Assembly (NCBI GenBank): GCA_965203975.1 | Contig: CBDBDT010000001.1 | Location: forward strand, 56,675 to 120,674 | DNA from: Dehalococcoidia bacterium | GTDB taxonomy: Bacteria > Chloroflexota > Dehalococcoidia > Lucifugimonadales > UBA3495 | Direction of reading: 5' to 3' | DNA: 64,000 nucleotides | In this document: piece after piece, positions 36,371 through 45,843 of the stretch | Numbering within the stretch: position 1 is the first letter of the stretch | Layout: each line of letters opens with the position of its first letter | Program-made: the position numbers and the translations under genes | Notes under the pieces: model-generated | What the model was told of the DNA's origin: nothing | What the model saw: the letters and a program-made list of their open reading frames with translations, nothing else | The model's database searches: none

Positions 36371-37648
36371 TCAGGGTGCGGGAATAACGTCGAAGCCGGT
36401 ATAGGGGCGCAGTTCCTCGGGGATCACCACCGAGCCGTCGGGCTGCTGGTTGTTTTCCAGGATGGCGATGATGATGCGGGGCAGTGCCAGGCCCGATCCA
36501 TTGAGGGTGTGGACGAACTCGGGCTGGGCTCCCGGCTCCCGGCGGAAGCGTATGTTGGCCCGGCGGGCCTGGAAGTCGGTGCAGTTGGAGCAGGAGGAAA
36601 CCTCCAGCCATTCCTGGCATCCGGCGGCCCATACCTCGATGTCGTAGGACTTGGCCGAGGGGAAGGACATGTCGCCGGTGCATAGCTGGAGGATACGGTA
36701 GGGAAGGTTGAGGCGTCGGCAGACATCCTCGGCGTCGTCAAGCAATTTCTCCAGCTCATCGTCGGAGGTCTCGGGCTCGACGAACTTGTACATCTCCACC
36801 TTGTTGAACTGGTGGACGCGCTTGATACCCCGGGTGTCCCTCCCGGCGGCGGCCTTCTCGCGGCGGAAGCAGGGGGTCTGGGCAACGTAGTAGCTGGGCA
36901 GGGAGCCGGGGGGCAAGACCTCGTCCCGGTGCAGGTTGGTGATGGGGACCTCGGCGGTGGGGACCAGCCACAGGTCATCCTCGTCGTCGCGGTAGAGGTT
37001 GTCGGCGAACTTGGGAAGGTTGCCGGAGCCTTCCATAATCTCCCGCCGCACGATGATGGGGAGCATGAGCTCGGTGTAGCCGTGCTCGCGACCGTGGAGG
37101 TCGAGCATCCAGCTGGCGGTGGCGCGTTCCAGCCTGGCCCCGTAGCCCCACATGGTGTAGAAACGGCTGCCGGAAAGCTTGACGCCCCGCTGGAAGTCGA
37201 TGATGCCCAGCTCCTCGGCCAGGTCCCAATGGGGCTTCGGGTCAAAGTCCAAGACGGGAAGGTCGCCCCAGGTCCGGAGGACCACGTTGCCCGTTTCATC
37301 CAGGCCTAGGGGCACGCCCGGGCGGGGGATGTTGGGCAGTCCGAGCAGGATTTCGCGGACCTGCTCCTCCGCCTCGCGGGTCTCCTGCTCCAGCGCGGAA
37401 ATGCGTTCCCCGACCTGGCGCATCTCGTCAATGACGTCCTGGGGAGGCGGCTGGCCGGACGACCGGGCCTGGCCGATCCGTCGGCTGACGTCATTTCGCT
37501 GGGAGCGAAGCTGGTCGCCCTCGGTAATGGCCTGGCGGCGGCGGGCGTCAAGAGCCAGCAGTTCATCCAAGGGATCGTCCTCGCCGCGAGCAGCCAGTGC
37601 CTGACGCACAACGTCGGGGTCGCGGCGGATTAGTTCGATTGAAAGCAT
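36371..37648 (-). CDS. serS: Serine-tRNA ligase
   Basis: PTAEVP, FRREKA, HQFNKVE, EVSSCSNC, TLNGSGLA. Confidence 0.97.
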   Translation of the reverse strand: MLSIELIRRDPDVVRQALAARGEDDPLDELLALDARRRQAITEGDQLRSQRNDVSRRIGQARSSGQPPPQDVIDEMRQVGERISALEQETREAEEQVREILLGLPNIPRPGVPLGLDETGNVVLRTWGDLPVLDFDPKPHWDLAEELGIIDFQRGVKLSGSRFYTMWGYGARLERATASWMLDLHGREHGYTELMLPIIVRREIMEGSGNLPKFADNLYRDDEDDLWLVPTAEVPITNLHRDEVLPPGSLPSYYVAQTPCFRREKAAAGRDTRGIKRVHQFNKVEMYKFVEPETSDDELEKLLDDAEDVCRRLNLPYRILQLCTGDMSFPSAKSYDIEVWAAGCQEWLEVSSCSNCTDFQARRANIRFRREPGAQPEFVHTLNGSGLALPRIIIAILENNQQPDGSVVIPEELRPYTGFDVIPAP

Positions 37649-37670
37649 AAAGGATTGTCCGGTTAGGTGG

Positions 37671-38348
37671 TTAGGCCATTGGCCGCCAGGGCATCCAATA
37701 ACGTACGGGCGGGTCTCGTAATTGAGGATCTAGCAGGTGATAATGATATTGCGGGTTGATCAAAAAGAGGTCCTGCCATTCAGGATCTTCCTCGTACATG
37801 CGCCAATCCGCGTATGCCGCAGTTCTGGCGTCCCATGTGTCCTTACACTCTCCATCTTCAGGTAAGCATTCCTCGTGGCCTCGACAATTTCTATCGGGTT
37901 TACGCTCCAATTCATTAGGCAAGGGATTAAGCACACGGCGAAGCTCACTAGGGAATACTTCGGTTACTTGCAAAGCACCGAAGAAATGCTGCCTAAGCAA
38001 GCTCGCCAAGATAGGACCTTGGTATACAACGGATCCGTATAACCCGTTGGGGGAGACTGGGTCCCCACCACGTCGTTGGATGATTAAGTCTGCCTCTCTC
38101 CAGATCCCTCCTCTGTTGTCCCACAAAAGGGGAGCGTCTATGCCGGCAGCGCGTACATTTGCTTCGTTCAAGCCGTTGTTTGCCAATGCCCTGATGACGG
38201 CGTCAAGTACATTCTCAGCAATATCGCCCAAGTCGGAGCAAACTTGTTCGAACTGTCCCGCGTTGCCCCTGCATATGCTCCACCCAAACCCGAGTCTTGC
38301 ACTTCCACCCGGGTCAAACCCTAGGAAAACGTGCTCTTCGTGGTTCAT
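37671..38348 (-). CDS. DUF429-like RNase H-fold nuclease
   Basis: FLGFDPGG, GIDAPL, EVFPS, DARTAAY; lower GC. Confidence 0.7.
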   Translation of the reverse strand: MNHEEHVFLGFDPGGSARLGFGWSICRGNAGQFEQVCSDLGDIAENVLDAVIRALANNGLNEANVRAAGIDAPLLWDNRGGIWREADLIIQRRGGDPVSPNGLYGSVVYQGPILASLLRQHFFGALQVTEVFPSELRRVLNPLPNELERKPDRNCRGHEECLPEDGECKDTWDARTAAYADWRMYEEDPEWQDLFLINPQYHYHLLDPQLRDPPVRYWMPWRPMA

Positions 38349-39865
38349 GCCTCACCGTCTTGCAGTGGGCTTGGTCCCAGCGTCCTCATGTGGGGGAAGA
38401 AGAGGGTGTCCCGGATGCTGGGCTGGCCGGTGAGGAGCATGACCAGGCGGTCTATGCCCATGCCAAGGCCGCCGGTGGGGGGCATGCCGTATTCCAGGGC
38501 AGTGAGGAAATCCTCGTCCAGCCGGTCTACCTCGTCGTCCTGGTAGGTCTGGCGGATCTCTTCCTGGCCCTCAAAGCGGGCCCGCTGCACTTCGGGGTCG
38601 TTCAACTCGGTGTATGAGTTGGCGATCTCCATCCCGGCGGCGAAGGCTTCGAACCGCTCCACGTAGCCGGGGCAGCCTGGCTTGGCCTTGGCCAGGGGGG
38701 ACATATCAACGGGATAGTCGAGGATAAAGGTGGGCTGGACCAGGCGGGGTTCGACGAAGGTGGAGAGGAGCTTGTCGATGAGGCGTCCGCGGCTGTCCAT
38801 CTGGGAAGTGTCCACCCCGGCTTCCCGGGCGCGGCGAGACAGGGACGCTGCATCCGGGAAGGCGTCGATGTTGATGCCGCTGCGGAGCTCGAGTTCCTCC
38901 CGAAGCTGGACCCGGTTCCAGGGGGGAGTGAAGTCGATCTCGGTCTCCCCAAAGGGCACGCGGGGACTGCCGGCGACATCGGTGGCTATGGAGGAGACCA
39001 ATTCCTCCACCATGGCCATCACGCCGTTGTAGTCGGCGTAGGCTTCGTAGCTTTCCAGCAGGGTGAACTCCGGGTTGTGGTCCTGATCGATGCCCTCGTT
39101 GCGGAAGACGCGTCCCAGCTCGTAGACCTTGTCGAATCCGCCGACGATGAGACGCTTCAGGTAAAGCTCGGTGGCGATGCGCAGGTAGAGCTGCTGGTCG
39201 AGGGCGTTGTGGTGAGTGACAAAGGGTCGCGCGTGGGCGCCGGCGGCCACAGGCACCATGATGGGGGTATCCACTTCCAGGAAGCCCCGGTTGTTGAGGA
39301 AGCGGCGGATGCCGCTGATGACCTTGCTCCGCTGGGCGAAGGTGTCCATGATCTCGGGGTTGGCGATGAGGTCCAGATAGCGCTGGCGATAGCGGATCTC
39401 GGTGTCGCGGAGGCCGTGCCACTTCTCCGGCAGGGGGCGCATCCCCTTGGAGAGGACGCGGGCCTGCTGCACTCCAACGGTAACTTGGCCGGTGCGAGTG
39501 CGCATCATGCTGCCCGTGACGCCGAGAAAGTCCCCTATGTCGAGGTCCTTGATAAGTTCGTAGTCATCGCCAAGCACGTTTTGACGCAGGAGGGCCTGGA
39601 TGGCGCCGGATCCGTCGCGGAGGTCCAGGAAAGCGGCGCGTCCCATGACGCGCATGGAGGTGATGCGTCCGGCGAGGGCGACTGGCGTAGAGGCGTCCTG
39701 TTCTTCTCCATTACGTTCCAACGCCTCGAAATCCGCCGTGGCCTGGGCGGCGGAGGCGGTGCGGTGGAAGCGGGGAGGGTAGGGGTCGATACCCCGGTCC
39801 CGGAGGCGGTGGAGTTTTTGTCTTCGGCTGCCGAGCAGCCCGTCGTCATGTTCCGAAATGGTCAT
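38345..39865 (-). CDS. lysS: Lysine-tRNA ligase (class II)
   Basis: RYRQRYLDL, LRIATELYLK, FRNEG, HNPEF, YGMPPTGG. Confidence 0.97.
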   Translation of the reverse strand: MTISEHDDGLLGSRRQKLHRLRDRGIDPYPPRFHRTASAAQATADFEALERNGEEQDASTPVALAGRITSMRVMGRAAFLDLRDGSGAIQALLRQNVLGDDYELIKDLDIGDFLGVTGSMMRTRTGQVTVGVQQARVLSKGMRPLPEKWHGLRDTEIRYRQRYLDLIANPEIMDTFAQRSKVISGIRRFLNNRGFLEVDTPIMVPVAAGAHARPFVTHHNALDQQLYLRIATELYLKRLIVGGFDKVYELGRVFRNEGIDQDHNPEFTLLESYEAYADYNGVMAMVEELVSSIATDVAGSPRVPFGETEIDFTPPWNRVQLREELELRSGINIDAFPDAASLSRRAREAGVDTSQMDSRGRLIDKLLSTFVEPRLVQPTFILDYPVDMSPLAKAKPGCPGYVERFEAFAAGMEIANSYTELNDPEVQRARFEGQEEIRQTYQDDEVDRLDEDFLTALEYGMPPTGGLGMGIDRLVMLLTGQPSIRDTLFFPHMRTLGPSPLQDGEA

Positions 39866-40079
39866 TGGATCGCCAGTGGGTTTGGGATAGGTCAATTCTA
39901 GCGCAAGGCCACATCCGGCGGAAGGCTTAGGGGTAATCGGCTAACACAATAAGCGGAATCGGTATGGGAAACTGAAAGGCCGCAGGACCTCGCTATGTTA
40001 TCATTTCGGAACCGTGGCCCATGGCCGGGGAAGGTCACACAACACCCTTTGATGGGCTCGAATGAGGTGATTGGGAGAG

Positions 40080-40667
40080 ATGCTGGAACGAATGCTGGGA
40101 GCGATCCGCCTGGACGCTAACACGTTTGAGGATGTGGAGAACGACTCTGGCGCGACCATGCAGGCGATGGCCGTGGTGATCCTGGTATCCCTGGCCACCG
40201 GGCTGGGAGCGGGTCTGGGGTCGGTGGTCGGCGGAGGGGGCAGCTTCATTGTTGGACTGTTTGGCGGCGTAGTTTACGGGTTAATCTGGTGGGCGGCCTG
40301 GGCTTTTCTGACCATGCTCATCGGAACGACCATCCTGCGGGGACCGGAAACCCATGCCGACTGGGGCCAGCTGGCCCGGGGGACCGGGTTCGCTCAGGCT
40401 CCGGGCCTGTTCAAGATCCTTGCCTTTCTTCCCTGGATTGGCCAGGTGATACTTATCGCCGCTTCGGTCTGGCAGTTCATCGCAATGGTAATTGCGGTGC
40501 GCCAATGCCTGGACTATACGTCCACATGGCGGGCCGTTGGTGTCGTGGTCATTTCCATCGTCCTGGTCTTCGTAATTCTGATCGTGCTGACACTGATTTT
40601 GGTGGGGATTTTCGGTGCGGAGTTCGTGGACTCCTTGTTCGGAACCGGTCTCAGCGAGGTCCAATAG
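40080..40667 (+). CDS. YIP1-family membrane protein
   Basis: Five TM segments; RMLGA...TFEDVE...GFAQAPG. Confidence 0.75.
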   Translation: MLERMLGAIRLDANTFEDVENDSGATMQAMAVVILVSLATGLGAGLGSVVGGGGSFIVGLFGGVVYGLIWWAAWAFLTMLIGTTILRGPETHADWGQLARGTGFAQAPGLFKILAFLPWIGQVILIAASVWQFIAMVIAVRQCLDYTSTWRAVGVVVISIVLVFVILIVLTLILVGIFGAEFVDSLFGTGLSEVQ

Positions 40668-40733
40668 GAAACTGGCGCAGGGCGATCCTGGAAGCACGGT
40701 TTTGAACGCAACGAGGGAGGTGCTGTGGAGCCG

Positions 40734-41324
40734 ATGAATATAGTGCGAAGGATGTTGGGCGCGGCCGCTTTGAACCGGCACACGTTCGAGGAAATCGAAA
40801 ATGACCGCGGGGCTATAATGCAGGCTCTGGTGGTGGTGGTTATCGTGGCTGCGGCCACGGCAGTTGGCGGTGTGCTGGATGCCGGAGAGGAGTGGATTCG
40901 GGGTGTGGGGTTTGGCGTTGCTCGCGGAGTGCTGCTATGGGCCTTGTGGGCATTGGGCGCCTGGATTATTGGCGGGACCATCTTGAAGACCCAGGACACC
41001 AGCGCTAACTGGGCGGAGGTAGCCCGATGCACCGGGTTCGCGCAAACTCCGGGGTTGTTGAACGTATTCGCCTTCCTGGATGATTTCGGCAGGCTTATCC
41101 TCTTCGCCGTGTTCATCTGGCAGTTTGCCGCCATGTTGATCGCCATACGGGCGAGCCTGGATTACGGTTCGCTTTGGCGCGCATTCTTCGTGGTCTTGAT
41201 CGCAGCCATACCGGTGTTCATTATCTACGGCTTGCTAGTGTTGATATTGGGGATCGGTGGAGGAGAGGCGGATCCGCCGCCAGTGAGCCAGATTCTTTTC
41301 CTGTGGTACGATGCGCTGGGTTAA
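40734..41324 (+). CDS. YIP1-family membrane protein (tandem paralog)
   Basis: Same motifs (RMLGA, TFEEIEND, GFAQTPG, LDY) as the upstream gene. Confidence 0.75.
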   Translation: MNIVRRMLGAAALNRHTFEEIENDRGAIMQALVVVVIVAAATAVGGVLDAGEEWIRGVGFGVARGVLLWALWALGAWIIGGTILKTQDTSANWAEVARCTGFAQTPGLLNVFAFLDDFGRLILFAVFIWQFAAMLIAIRASLDYGSLWRAFFVVLIAAIPVFIIYGLLVLILGIGGGEADPPPVSQILFLWYDALG

Positions 41325-41358
41325 GGGGATGGGGAGCATTGCTTAACGAGGCGGTACG

Positions 41359-42078
41359 ATGAGGGACAAGGACAGCATCCGGGAAGAGGTCTGGACTGCG
41401 ATGGAGCAGTCCAGGGTGGCCCGGGCCAAGAACGTCCACGACAAGATTCCCCATTTCAAAGGCGCGGAGGCCGCGGCGGACCTGGTGGGAGATCTGGAGG
41501 TGTGGCAGAAGGCACGGGTGGTGAAGAGCAACCCGGACAAGGCCCAGCGCCCCCTGCGGCAGCTGGCCCTGGAAGAGGGGAAGATCGTCTACATGGCGGT
41601 GCCCCGCCTCCGAAAGGAGCAGTGTTTCGTGGAACTGGACCCGGCGCGGCTGGACATAACTCCGGCGAAGGCGTCCACCATCAGCGGGGCGTCCCGGGCC
41701 GGGCGGCCGGTTTACGTGGAGGAGATGCGTCCGGTGGACCTGGTTATCTCCGGGTCGGTGGCCGTGAACCGGCAGGGAGTCCGGATTGGCAAGGGCGGCG
41801 GGTTCGCCGACCTGGAGTACGGGCTGGCAGTGGCGGCGGGAGTGGTCGCTCCCGGGACTCCAGTGGTGAGCACAGTGCACCCGATGCAGGTGCTGGACGA
41901 GGACCTGCCGATGACCCACCACGATGTGCCTCTGGACTACGTGGTGACGCCGGAGGAAGTTATCCGGTGCGGAGGAGGACTGCCGACCCCGGTGGGAATT
42001 TACTGGGAAGACCTGGACCCCAAGAAGATATCGGAGATACCCCTGCTGCAGAAGCTGCTGGAGTTGAGGGACGACTAA
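41359..42078 (+). CDS. 5-formyltetrahydrofolate cyclo-ligase-like protein (MTHFSD/archaeal type)
   Basis: KSNPDKAQ, GVRIGKGGGFADLEY, HDVPLDYVVTP. Confidence 0.85.
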   Translation: MRDKDSIREEVWTAMEQSRVARAKNVHDKIPHFKGAEAAADLVGDLEVWQKARVVKSNPDKAQRPLRQLALEEGKIVYMAVPRLRKEQCFVELDPARLDITPAKASTISGASRAGRPVYVEEMRPVDLVISGSVAVNRQGVRIGKGGGFADLEYGLAVAAGVVAPGTPVVSTVHPMQVLDEDLPMTHHDVPLDYVVTPEEVIRCGGGLPTPVGIYWEDLDPKKISEIPLLQKLLELRDD

Positions 42079-42103
42079 CCGGCGGCGGTCGTTCTCGGAG
42101 AAA

Positions 42104-42142
42104 AGGCAAAGGGACGGGAAACAACTCCCGCCCCCCTTTGTC
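42104..42142. terminator. Probable terminator between convergent genes
   Basis: ggcaaaggga-cggga...tcccg-ccccctttgtc hairpin. Confidence 0.45.
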
Positions 42143-42163
42143 TGTACTAGCCGGGGTGTCCGT

Positions 42164-43219
42164 TTAGCCGGGTTGGCCGACGGTCTCGGCGACGCCGAGC
42201 TCGTGCATGAGCTCGGTAATCTGGCGCCAGGTCTCGTCCTCTACGAAGATGCCCTCGGCGCGGCGCTTCTTTTCGGTGAGGAACTCAATCTCCCCGGGAT
42301 AGAGGACTTCGGTGAAGCCGGAAGCCGGCGGGGAGGTCTTAACGAACTCGGCGAACTCCTTGACCTCGCGCTTGAACTCGGCCAACGGGCGGAACTTCTC
42401 GACGTCGAAGGCGACCACGAAGACGCCATCGTTGTGGCGGGCTTGGGGGTCAATGCCGAAGCCCAATCCGGTGAGCAGGCCGGAGAAGATTTCGACCATG
42501 AAGGACAGGCCGTAGCCCTTGTGTCCCTGGTCGGCGCCAACGGGCAGGATGGCCCCGCCGGCGGGGTAGTCGTTGGGGTCGGTGGTGGGGTTGCCGTCCT
42601 TGTCGATGATCCAGCCGACCGGGACCGCCTCGTTGCGGTTGCGGGCCAGGCCGATCTTGCCGGCGGCGACGGCGCTGGTGGCCATGTCCAGCAGCACCGG
42701 GCCCTCGAGGTCGCTGGGTATGCCCATGCAGATGGGATTGGTTCCCAGCCTGCGGCCACGCCCGCCGAAGGGAGCGACAGCCTTGGGGCCGGCGCCGGAG
42801 TCGGCGGTGATCATTCCGATCATGCCCTCGTTGAGGATCATGGTGGGGTAGTCACCGAGGCGTCCGATGTGGCTCTGAAGGTGGACGGTGATAGCGGCGA
42901 CGCCCTGGGTCCTGGCCTTTTCGATGACCATCCGGGTGGCCTTCTCGGTGACGACGAAGCCGAAGCCCCAGTTGCCGTTGATGACGGCGGTGGTGGGGGT
43001 GTCGCTTTCAATGACAAAGGGCGCGCCGGGAACGATGTGTCCCTTGTCGATGCGCTCGCAGTACTCGGGGATGTGAATGACGCCGTGGGAGTCGTGTCCC
43101 ACAAGGTTGGCCTTGACCTGGTGGCGGGCGACGATCTCGGCCTCGTCTGCCGGGGTGTCCTTGGCGCAATAGATGTGGTAGGCGACTTTTTCGAGGTATT
43201 CGGGAGTGAAGACGGGCAT
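42164..43219 (-). CDS. Ldh_2 family oxidoreductase (malate/L-sulfolactate dehydrogenase-like)
   Basis: GHDSHG, SHIGRLG, LGTNP, LDMATS, HKGYGL. Confidence 0.9.
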   Translation of the reverse strand: MPVFTPEYLEKVAYHIYCAKDTPADEAEIVARHQVKANLVGHDSHGVIHIPEYCERIDKGHIVPGAPFVIESDTPTTAVINGNWGFGFVVTEKATRMVIEKARTQGVAAITVHLQSHIGRLGDYPTMILNEGMIGMITADSGAGPKAVAPFGGRGRRLGTNPICMGIPSDLEGPVLLDMATSAVAAGKIGLARNRNEAVPVGWIIDKDGNPTTDPNDYPAGGAILPVGADQGHKGYGLSFMVEIFSGLLTGLGFGIDPQARHNDGVFVVAFDVEKFRPLAEFKREVKEFAEFVKTSPPASGFTEVLYPGEIEFLTEKKRRAEGIFVEDETWRQITELMHELGVAETVGQPG

Positions 43220-43268
43220 GGGTGGACCTCCTGGGCATGGTCTTCAAGGATTGGGGGAAGGTGCCAGT

Positions 43269-43297
43269 AGTCTAGTATCCGGCATGGGGTTTGTCCA
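43269..43297 (-). promoter_or_regulatory. Putative promoter of the Ldh_2 gene
   Basis: TGGACA-N17-TAGACT on the minus strand. Confidence 0.5.
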
Positions 43298-43346
43298 CCG
43301 GGAGAGGCGGGGTCAGACTCGGTGCAATGCCGGAAATTCTTGTTTG

Positions 43347-43467
43347 TGTGCCATTTGTGCCATTCACGCTTGGGGACAGCGTCAAGACGCGAATTTCAGC
43401 CCATTTTTGTGTCTTATCTGTGCCAGTAATGTGCCAAAAATGTGCCATTCTGTCGCATTTTGTGTCA
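43347..43467. repeat. Phased TGNNNCA-heptamer element, copy C
   Basis: TGTGCCA-like boxes at 43347/356 and 43408/419/430/441/451/461. Confidence 0.7.
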
Positions 43468-43605
43468 TCGGATCGTAGGCACCCGGGCGGGGAAGATTCC
43501 AAGGCGGGTGGGATGAAGGTTGTTTCTACCACGCTTCCATAATATGTATGGGGTGCAGGGGTTAGGAAGGGGCGAACCGTCAGTAGGCAGGGTTCCACTG
43601 GTGCA

Positions 43606-45771
43606 TCAATCACCAAGAGACGGGGCGGTAAAGGCGTACACGCCACCTGGATAATCACGGCCCCCCACAGAACCAAGGTAAACCACATCATCGGCGACGG
43701 TGTAGGACGGGCCGTCGCGGAGGTAGCCCTCATGATGGAGTTCCCACAGGTCTTCGCCGGACGACGCCTCAAGCGCCCGCAAGAGACCGTTCTGGCCTTC
43801 GGCATACAGGACACCATCAACCACTGCGAGCGACTCCAGGGCCTCTTCCAATGGACCCTGGCTCCAAACAGTCTGGCCGGTGGCGGCATCGAGGGCGTGG
43901 AACTCGCCGGTCCGGGGGAACGGGTAGGTGCCCACGTACACCAAGCCATCCGCGACCGTCGGCGTCATGGGAATCAGGTCGTCGTCCGAGTAGGACCAAA
44001 GCACCTGCCCGGTCGCTGTGTCCAGGGCATAGAAGTGTCCCTCCGGCGCGAAGTAGCAGACGCCGTCTTCGACCACAACGGAAGAGTTGGTCGGCCCCTC
44101 CTTGGCGTCGTAGCTCCACAGAATCTCCCCGGTGACCTCGTCCGCTGCGTAGGCCGTATCCCAACCCGTGAAGTAGACAGTGCCGCCGGTCACGACCGGC
44201 GGATATTCCACGTCCTCGATGTTCAAGACCCACAGCCTTTCCCCGGTCGAAGCATCGAGGGCGTGGAACTCGTCGGCAAACATTCCACTGCTCAAGACGT
44301 AGACATTGCCACCAATGATCTCGGGGGGCAGCTTGGTGTAGGGCATTTTTGCCGCCCACAACAAATCCCCGGTGGTCCCGTCGCGGGCCTGAACCTCTCC
44401 CTCCTCGTATGGCTCGGACAGTATGTAGACGATTCCGTTGCTAAAGCGGGGAGAGTATTCGATCCAATCACCGGTGTCGTGCTTCCACAAGGATTCTCCC
44501 GTCTCCCGGTCGAGGGCGTACAGGTACCCGTCATCTGACCCCACGTATACGGCATCGTTCGTCACGGTTGGAGCTGACCTAATGCCGTCGCCGGTCTCGA
44601 AGCTCCAAAGCAGGTCCCCGGTCGCCGCGTCCAAGGCATAGACGTGGTAGTCAACCGATCCGAAGTAGACGACGCCATCGACCACCGCGGGTCTGCTGAC
44701 ACCCCATCCTTCCGTGGGGAACTGCCAGAGCAGGGACTCGTTGGCAGTGAGCGGCGGAGGCTCCGGCGACGGCAGCACTAAGGGCACACACTGGGAAAGG
44801 TTGACCGCACTGGCGAGCGCGGCCATGCCTTCTTCTCCCCCTGCCGGGATGCTTACCCAATCGAGCGTAGTCACCCACTCGCGCAAGCAACCCAATTCCT
44901 CATCGTCCAGGTCATCCAACATGAACCCGCTCCCACTTTCTTGCAAGACAATATTGAGGACGAGGTCGGGCGAACAGTCTGCCAGTCCGGGCAGGACGGA
45001 CATAAACCAGGTTCCGTCCTCAGACTCCTCAGAAATCTCCCAATCAACTCCCTCGCTCCATTCCTGGACACAGCCGTGTTCTTCCTCGCTCAACTCCACT
45101 CCGGTTGTTATCCACTCCAGGTAGGAGGCAGCAACCAGTTCCGGGAAACAGCCGAATATGCGGGTGTCTGCTTCCATCCACGCCTCGTCGTCCTTAGCGA
45201 CCCAGATCTTCCCAACATCCACATCCGACACCACCTCCTGGAGACACAGCTCATGGTCCTCGGTACGGGTGATCCCGAGTTCCGTGAGCAGCGGCCCCAG
45301 ATATGATGTGATGAGCATGGTTGAGAGGAAAAGGGCGCGGGCGGTGTCCGGGGCCAAGCAGTATAAGAGAGCGGGCCTCCATTCATCGACCAATCGAGAG
45401 TCGCTCATCACCGCAATGTACGACAACTCGACCAGCATTACCCCGTCGGTATTGTCTTGGATGCAATCCCGTTCCTGGGGGGCCAAGGCATCAATCACTT
45501 CCCCCCAAGTCGTATCCGAGGTCACGTCGATGGAGAACGCGGTGGGAGGGGTTTGGGTGGGCTCCGGCGTGGGAGCAGGGGACGGGGTGGCCATGGGCTC
45601 CGGGGTGGGCGTGGGCTCCGAGGTCGCGGCCGATTCGGGGGCGCTGGTATCTGCGGCAGGCGCCGGCGTTTCCGTTGGTGGCGCCGCGGTGGGTTCCGGA
45701 GTCGGTTCGCTGCTGCATGCCAACATCAGGGTGACAGTCAGCAAAAGCAATAGCCCAATGACGGCCTTCAT
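43606..45771 (-). CDS. Lipoprotein with P/T linker, Cys-pair repeats and PQQ-like beta-propeller
   Basis: Lipobox LAC, PTPEPT linker, repeated YALDAATGDLLW blades. Confidence 0.85.
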   Translation of the reverse strand: MKAVIGLLLLLTVTLMLACSSEPTPEPTAAPPTETPAPAADTSAPESAATSEPTPTPEPMATPSPAPTPEPTQTPPTAFSIDVTSDTTWGEVIDALAPQERDCIQDNTDGVMLVELSYIAVMSDSRLVDEWRPALLYCLAPDTARALFLSTMLITSYLGPLLTELGITRTEDHELCLQEVVSDVDVGKIWVAKDDEAWMEADTRIFGCFPELVAASYLEWITTGVELSEEEHGCVQEWSEGVDWEISEESEDGTWFMSVLPGLADCSPDLVLNIVLQESGSGFMLDDLDDEELGCLREWVTTLDWVSIPAGGEEGMAALASAVNLSQCVPLVLPSPEPPPLTANESLLWQFPTEGWGVSRPAVVDGVVYFGSVDYHVYALDAATGDLLWSFETGDGIRSAPTVTNDAVYVGSDDGYLYALDRETGESLWKHDTGDWIEYSPRFSNGIVYILSEPYEEGEVQARDGTTGDLLWAAKMPYTKLPPEIIGGNVYVLSSGMFADEFHALDASTGERLWVLNIEDVEYPPVVTGGTVYFTGWDTAYAADEVTGEILWSYDAKEGPTNSSVVVEDGVCYFAPEGHFYALDTATGQVLWSYSDDDLIPMTPTVADGLVYVGTYPFPRTGEFHALDAATGQTVWSQGPLEEALESLAVVDGVLYAEGQNGLLRALEASSGEDLWELHHEGYLRDGPSYTVADDVVYLGSVGGRDYPGGVYAFTAPSLGD

Positions 45772-45843
45772 AAACAACTCTCTATCCACCCGTCCCGAAG
45801 GATGAGTCCCAAAGATAATGGACAGGGCCAGGATGTTGGGCTG

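Noticed and set aside
43562-43574. 11/12 match (taggaaggggcg) to the gltD 3' end at 45845, suggesting a duplication like the MATE case
   Set aside because: Too short and G-rich to distinguish from chance.
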